A program made the translations under genes and the position numbers. A stretch of 64,000 bases of DNA from a virus (taxonomy: Duplodnaviria; Heunggongvirae; Uroviricota; Caudoviricetes): positions 19,287 through 83,286 of the IMG/VR virus record IMGVR_UViG_3300031143_000003. One strand, given 5' to 3'. The notes beneath the pieces were generated by a model. The model had not been told where the DNA came from, made no database searches, and saw nothing but the letters and a program-made list of their open reading frames with translations. This document shows, piece by piece, positions 59,352 to 64,000 of this stretch (positions are counted from its first letter, which is position 1; the number at the start of each line of letters is the position of its first letter).

Positions 59352-59993
59352 TTACTTTTTTCGATTTGGTAATGCGCATTTACATGTTAAATCGCATAGC
59401 ATATCGTTTATTATATTGTGAATGTTTACATATTTACTGGCTGGCATACTATTTGATACTGATTCATTTACACCAGCTGGATGCATAAATGCTCCATGTG
59501 TTGATGGATTGGATACGAAATCCCAACAAACTAATTCAAAATCGTCTTGTACTTCAACAGTTCCATTTTCTCTAATTTCTTTAACCGATCCTAACCCACG
59601 TGATGATATACCTAGCTTGATTCCAGCTTTAAGGAGTTCCTTCAATATGTTTCCAGATGGCGTTCCAAGTATTTCTACCTCTCCAACAACATCATCGCCT
59701 TTCCACCATACCTTTCTAATATTGTGCGATACATTAGATAGATTGACAACACTTGATTCTGGATGATCTAATTCACCTAATGCTCTATTTTCAGCGATAA
59801 ATGTATCTGAATACTTTGTCACCTCGCGCATTAATATTTCTCTAGGATAAACTCGACCGTTTTGGTTTTTTGCACCTGAACGTTGTAATACGCCAGTTAC
59901 TATTACTCTACCGTTATTATTTTTTTCTGATTCAGATATTAATTCTGGACTGATTTCGAATAGACTATAGTCTACTAAAAGCTGCTTTGACAT
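59352..59993 (-). CDS. Prohead core protease (gp21-like)
   Basis: N.NGRVYP, RALGELDHP, NVSH, GTPSGNI and LGISSRGLGSV motifs. Confidence 0.95.
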   Translation of the reverse strand: MSKQLLVDYSLFEISPELISESEKNNNGRVIVTGVLQRSGAKNQNGRVYPREILMREVTKYSDTFIAENRALGELDHPESSVVNLSNVSHNIRKVWWKGDDVVGEVEILGTPSGNILKELLKAGIKLGISSRGLGSVKEIRENGTVEVQDDFELVCWDFVSNPSTHGAFMHPAGVNESVSNSMPASKYVNIHNIINDMLCDLTCKCALPNRKK

Positions 59994-60418
59994 TAAAATC
60001 TCCTAAGTTTTTCAGATATTCGTAACATTTTTTCTGATACTTTGCTAAGATTAGCTTTAGTGCTCTTCCAATATGTGTTTGAATCCACTCCAGCTTCTTG
60101 TTTTAGCTTTGAGTTTTGATTAACGATTTGTTCAATATAAAATAGTTTACTGTTGATCTCTTTAATTGATCTATTGACCTTTTGCTGTTGCGATGATGTA
60201 TCGTCACGCTTATAGTCTCTATATGTAGCTTCGCCTAAATGCATTTCCTTAGACAGTGCCATAAATGAAGATTCAGTTTTACGTTTTGTTTTTTTCTTAA
60301 ACGCCTTTGGAGTGTTGAATGCTTCTCCACCACCAGTTGCGTTTTCTTCGTCGATGTCCATGTCTTCGTTGCTCTGTGCATCTTCAAACATTTCGTCTAA
60401 ATCATCAGCTAATGACAT
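59993..60418 (-). CDS. Hypothetical head-region protein
   Basis: ORF track; between the portal-adjacent gene and the protease. Confidence 0.65.
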   Translation of the reverse strand: MSLADDLDEMFEDAQSNEDMDIDEENATGGGEAFNTPKAFKKKTKRKTESSFMALSKEMHLGEATYRDYKRDDTSSQQQKVNRSIKEINSKLFYIEQIVNQNSKLKQEAGVDSNTYWKSTKANLSKVSEKMLRISEKLRRF

Positions 60419-61241
60419 TGTTCAATTCTCCAATTAGATCGTAAGCGCGCATAACTGATATAATATACTTATCTTTTAGCGTCTTTACGTTTTTGATTTC
60501 AGTCAATTGAGCACATACTTCAGAAAGTTTAATCTGAACAATATCATCGTCTATCTTATTAGATAGTTTGCTTATTGTTCGGACTGTCTTATTTATTTCA
60601 ACATGTAAGTATTGCTTTAATGTGTCGGTATTCGATATATTGTTTATATATTCACGAAGTAATGACTTTTGATCGGTTGACAAATTACCGCCCCATTTCT
60701 CATTGAATTTCTCAATAAGTATTCTATATGAAAGCAGACGAATGTCTTTGTCTTGCTCCTGATATAGTGAGTGAGCTTCACTAATTTGTGTCTTGGATCT
60801 ATTTGTGATTGTTTCAACCAAGTTGTATCGATATCGTATCTTCTTAGATGGAGTCGTTCCCTCGAATAGACAGTATATTGATGCATTGTTTGCGTAATTT
60901 GTTATTTTTTGACTGAAGAATGCTTCGATTGAATAATGCTTTCGAATTTCCTTTATTAAATTATATTTCTGCCTGCGTATTGACGACATGTTTAGTCGAG
61001 ATTGTTCCAATATCACTGCGTCTATAAATTTATTTGCCTTTGTGTCGGTATTGAATTTTTCACGTAACAGCGTTTGATATAATCCCAACTCGCGTGTTAA
61101 CGATGTGTTTTTCTTGAAAAATTCCCTAATGACTCCGGTTGCAGGAGAATTATCAATTCCCTGTAAAGTGTCATTGGTCACTTGACGAACAAGCAATTCG
61201 AATATTATTCCGGTATTTTTGTATTTTGAATGTTTAGCCAT
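60405..61241 (-). CDS. Hypothetical prohead-associated protein
   Basis: KHSKYKNTGIIFELLVRQ start; directly after portal; late-type motif at 61267. Confidence 0.7.
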   Translation of the reverse strand: MAKHSKYKNTGIIFELLVRQVTNDTLQGIDNSPATGVIREFFKKNTSLTRELGLYQTLLREKFNTDTKANKFIDAVILEQSRLNMSSIRRQKYNLIKEIRKHYSIEAFFSQKITNYANNASIYCLFEGTTPSKKIRYRYNLVETITNRSKTQISEAHSLYQEQDKDIRLLSYRILIEKFNEKWGGNLSTDQKSLLREYINNISNTDTLKQYLHVEINKTVRTISKLSNKIDDDIVQIKLSEVCAQLTEIKNVKTLKDKYIISVMRAYDLIGELNNVIS

Positions 61242-61286
61242 TTCTGTGTCCTAACACTTAGTTTAATATAAATATCAATTTATAAA

Positions 61287-63179
61287 CTAAATTCCATCTT
61301 CAATTATGTTATTCTCATTCAATAATGATGATTTGTCAACTTTATGCATTGTTTTAAATAGGTTCTTAACCATTGCCTGCTTATCTTCACTGGTCATTCT
61401 TCTATTGTTTTTGTTATTTTTCAACTTACGGTTTCTACTTCTATCTTCCTTACCAATTGTGTCTCTACCTCTAGCTGCTTTTTGTGAACCATAGTGAACA
61501 GGTTCCTTTGGACGGCCTGCGCCTGGCTTATTTTCAGATACGTCATCTGCATCATCAGATTCTTTGTCATAGAAGTCAACTGGTTGGGCTGGTTCTTCTT
61601 CAGCATTCGAATCCTGATTATATGCCTGACCATCTTGATCAACTTGCTGAGACATTGCACCCTGTTGAAGTGCCCAGTCTGTTGCAACTGCTTCACCAGA
61701 TTCAGCTGGATCATTACCACTTTCCAATTCATTATGTCTAAACAATCGTTTTCTGTCTGATAATACTTTGGCTTGTTCTTTTGCAAGATCAGCGTCATTT
61801 AATCCAAATACATTTTCATATATCCAATCTTCAGATAGCATTTTTAGATCTTTAATGCTTGATGCCAAATTAACCTTGGAATCCCATAGTTCGAGTTTTT
61901 CTTGTTCGTGTATTGTTGATGCACTAGTCAATGATAAACTAAAGTCTACAAGTTCTTGTTCTGTGAATCCCTGTGAGTATAAATGAACCATTGCAATTTT
62001 AGTTAATTCTGATACAAATATGCGTTGTACACGTTCTATTGTTCTAGCAAATCTAACGTCTTGTGCAGCTAGTGTTGCCTTATCACCAACGCCTTCTTCG
62101 TATCCTAAAAATGCCTTAGGTATCTTTAATGCTGCGAACATTCTATGCTTAAGATATTCAATGTCATCTATACCAGTCCAATCCATTCCGCTCATTGTGT
62201 CTATTTCTGTTCCAGATTGACCACCTCTAACCGGTAAATAAACGTCCTCTAACATGTTTTGCATATTAAATTTCAAGTTGTATTGTCCAGTTTGTGGATC
62301 TAGATACGGAGTTTTCTTCATATTTTGCATAACTCTCTGCATATATGTGTCTACTTCAGCTGGTGGAATATTACCAATATCAATTTTATAAATACGTTTT
62401 TCTGGGGCTCTCATGATTCTGTGGATCATCATTGCATCTTCCATTAACGTTAATTGCTTAAATACTTTCCTAGCTGGTTCAACCATTGATTTACCGTATG
62501 GTAGGAAATTCATATCATTCAATAGTCTAAAGTGAGCTATTTCATAATTATTATATTCTTTCTTTGTTGCAGCAATACCACCAGCTAATTGTCCTGCCAT
62601 AGTTGGATCATGGGTGAATTTTACCTCTTCCTCATTATCTGGATTGGTACCTTCTTCTCTGAACATTTCATATGACGACAGTGGTGTAACATTGGTGACA
62701 CCTAATGTTTCAGTTATGTCCATCTTTAAATATAGATCACCATATTTGCACATGTTTCTTATCCATGGCCATATATTAAATTCAATGTTTAGTACATCAT
62801 AAAATAGATTGTTTAATACACGTTCAACCTTTTCATTACTAGATGTTATGGTAAGTACATCACCATATTCATTTTTCAATGTTGATTCGTCTGCGTATAC
62901 ATCCAATGCTGAAGATATAATTGAATCTTCATCCATTATTTCGTAGTCAGTATATAGGTTCAATCTTAGTGTGTGGAAATTGGCTTGTTGATTATATCCA
63001 ACTGCCTTTGATGACTGATATATTCTATTATATCTATCGATCATTCTATTTGTTGATAGCTTCGTGTTTGACTGTGCCTTGTGCACATCAGCAACTTTTA
63101 GTCCATTTTCGGTTTTCCGAATAATGGTACCAGTTGAAAATAATGTTGTTAGACGTCCAAAAAATGTCTTATCTGTCAT
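61287..63179 (-). CDS. Portal protein (gp20-like)
   Basis: SALD.YADE, DGRL-type YGDLY, HFRL, PYGKS..E.ARK, EDAM.I.RI.RAPE.R and LKIP motifs. Confidence 0.95.
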   Translation of the reverse strand: MTDKTFFGRLTTLFSTGTIIRKTENGLKVADVHKAQSNTKLSTNRMIDRYNRIYQSSKAVGYNQQANFHTLRLNLYTDYEIMDEDSIISSALDVYADESTLKNEYGDVLTITSSNEKVERVLNNLFYDVLNIEFNIWPWIRNMCKYGDLYLKMDITETLGVTNVTPLSSYEMFREEGTNPDNEEEVKFTHDPTMAGQLAGGIAATKKEYNNYEIAHFRLLNDMNFLPYGKSMVEPARKVFKQLTLMEDAMMIHRIMRAPEKRIYKIDIGNIPPAEVDTYMQRVMQNMKKTPYLDPQTGQYNLKFNMQNMLEDVYLPVRGGQSGTEIDTMSGMDWTGIDDIEYLKHRMFAALKIPKAFLGYEEGVGDKATLAAQDVRFARTIERVQRIFVSELTKIAMVHLYSQGFTEQELVDFSLSLTSASTIHEQEKLELWDSKVNLASSIKDLKMLSEDWIYENVFGLNDADLAKEQAKVLSDRKRLFRHNELESGNDPAESGEAVATDWALQQGAMSQQVDQDGQAYNQDSNAEEEPAQPVDFYDKESDDADDVSENKPGAGRPKEPVHYGSQKAARGRDTIGKEDRSRNRKLKNNKNNRRMTSEDKQAMVKNLFKTMHKVDKSSLLNENNIIEDGI

Positions 63180-63190
63180 TGTCTATTCCT

Positions 63191-64000
63191 TTATATTAAC
63201 CATGTTAAATCTTCTTCTGTATCGCCAGTCTGCATTTTCCATGGATTATTTGCTAAGGTGTTATTGCTATTATAAGCGCCTTGTGCCGTTCCCATGTTAT
63301 TCAATGCAAGTTTGTTCAATGCTAAACCTTCGCCGTATAACTTTAATGCGTGATCCCTAACATACATTCCAATTGAAAATGCCATTGTTAAATCGTCATT
63401 ATATCCACGTTGCGCTTCAGCTCTATGGCCTAACCATATGAATACAAACAGTTCCTCAATCAATCGCTTTGACCTTACAATACATGTTTTTTCTCTAAAA
63501 TAAATATCAAGTTTCGATATCAAAAGTGGTCGGGTCCTAGAAGATGTAGTAAATCCAGGTGTCATATTTTCCCTATTCTTGAGGTCATATCCTTTACTTA
63601 ACTGTGTTGCTGCATCGTGAACTCCTTCGTGCTTATACGTATAATATAAGTTACGATAATTTCTATCAACGGCTGGTTGAATGGCTGCCCATCCAATGTT
63701 TGCGTTCTCAATCACAAGTAGCGCTTCATTGTATTCAGTTGCAACATTTACAAGCATGTTACCAAACTCTTTTGTGTTGATCTGTCCTCGATATTCTGCA
63801 ACCTGAGTCATTGTAGATGTTTCCAATACATGGAACGTGGAGTAATCTGAGCTATCCCCTCGTGCAACATCGGCTACTACCATATATGTCTTATTGTAAT
63901 CCACATACTCCCAGATCCAATATTCTTGCTCCATCCCACGTTTTTCTATTGGTTCCTGCACCATGTTATCCATGTACCATTGTAATAGATCTCCTGGAAT
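63191..64000 (-). CDS. Terminase large subunit, C-terminal nuclease domain (partial, runs off right edge)
   Basis: ADVARGD..DYS, IENANIG, PGF.T...TRP and GYNDDL.MA motifs. The frame stays open to base 64000. Confidence 0.93.
   Translation of the reverse strand: MPGDLLQWYMDNMVQEPIEKRGMEQEYWIWEYVDYNKTYMVVADVARGDSSDYSTFHVLETSTMTQVAEYRGQINTKEFGNMLVNVATEYNEALLVIENANIGWAAIQPAVDRNYRNLYYTYKHEGVHDAATQLSKGYDLKNRENMTPGFTTSSRTRPLLISKLDIYFREKTCIVRSKRLIEELFVFIWLGHRAEAQRGYNDDLTMAFSIGMYVRDHALKLYGEGLALNKLALNNMGTAQGAYNSNNTLANNPWKMQTGDTEEDLTWLI

Overview
This is a 64-kb internal fragment of an AT-rich, large T4-like myovirus genome, not bacterial chromosome. Every credible gene lies on the minus strand, and the plus-strand ORFs in the track are antisense shadows. 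Reading in transcription direction (right to left): terminase C-terminus, portal, prohead protease, a phage-encoded ribosomal protein bS21, scaffold, major capsid, PhoH, fibres, neck, sheath/tube, tail chaperone, tape measure and baseplate; then a replication block (mini PolA, HNH nuclease, gp32, RecA/UvsX, flap nuclease, helicase, class II RNR); then a cytosine-modification operon (dCMP hydroxymethylase-like, DUF6378-like, T4 beta-glucosyltransferase-like, dUTPase, PolB); GroES/EL; two GT4 and two GT2 glycosyltransferases with a five-gene amino/acetamido-sugar nucleotide pathway; and putative head-packaged proteins. A Bacteroidota host is inferred from bS21, a DUF4494-like gene, promoter shape and a secreted Cys-repeat protein. 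The strongest candidate for a new system is glycosylated-hmC DNA combined with an unusual-sugar pathway and four further glycosyltransferases under two different promoter classes. I also found elements missing from the ORF track: a likely programmed +1/-2 frameshift in the tail chaperone, a free-standing 40-aa RNR-tail-like CxxC peptide, several small ORFs and two repeated promoter motifs. Family assignments come from recognising motifs by eye; no database search was run.
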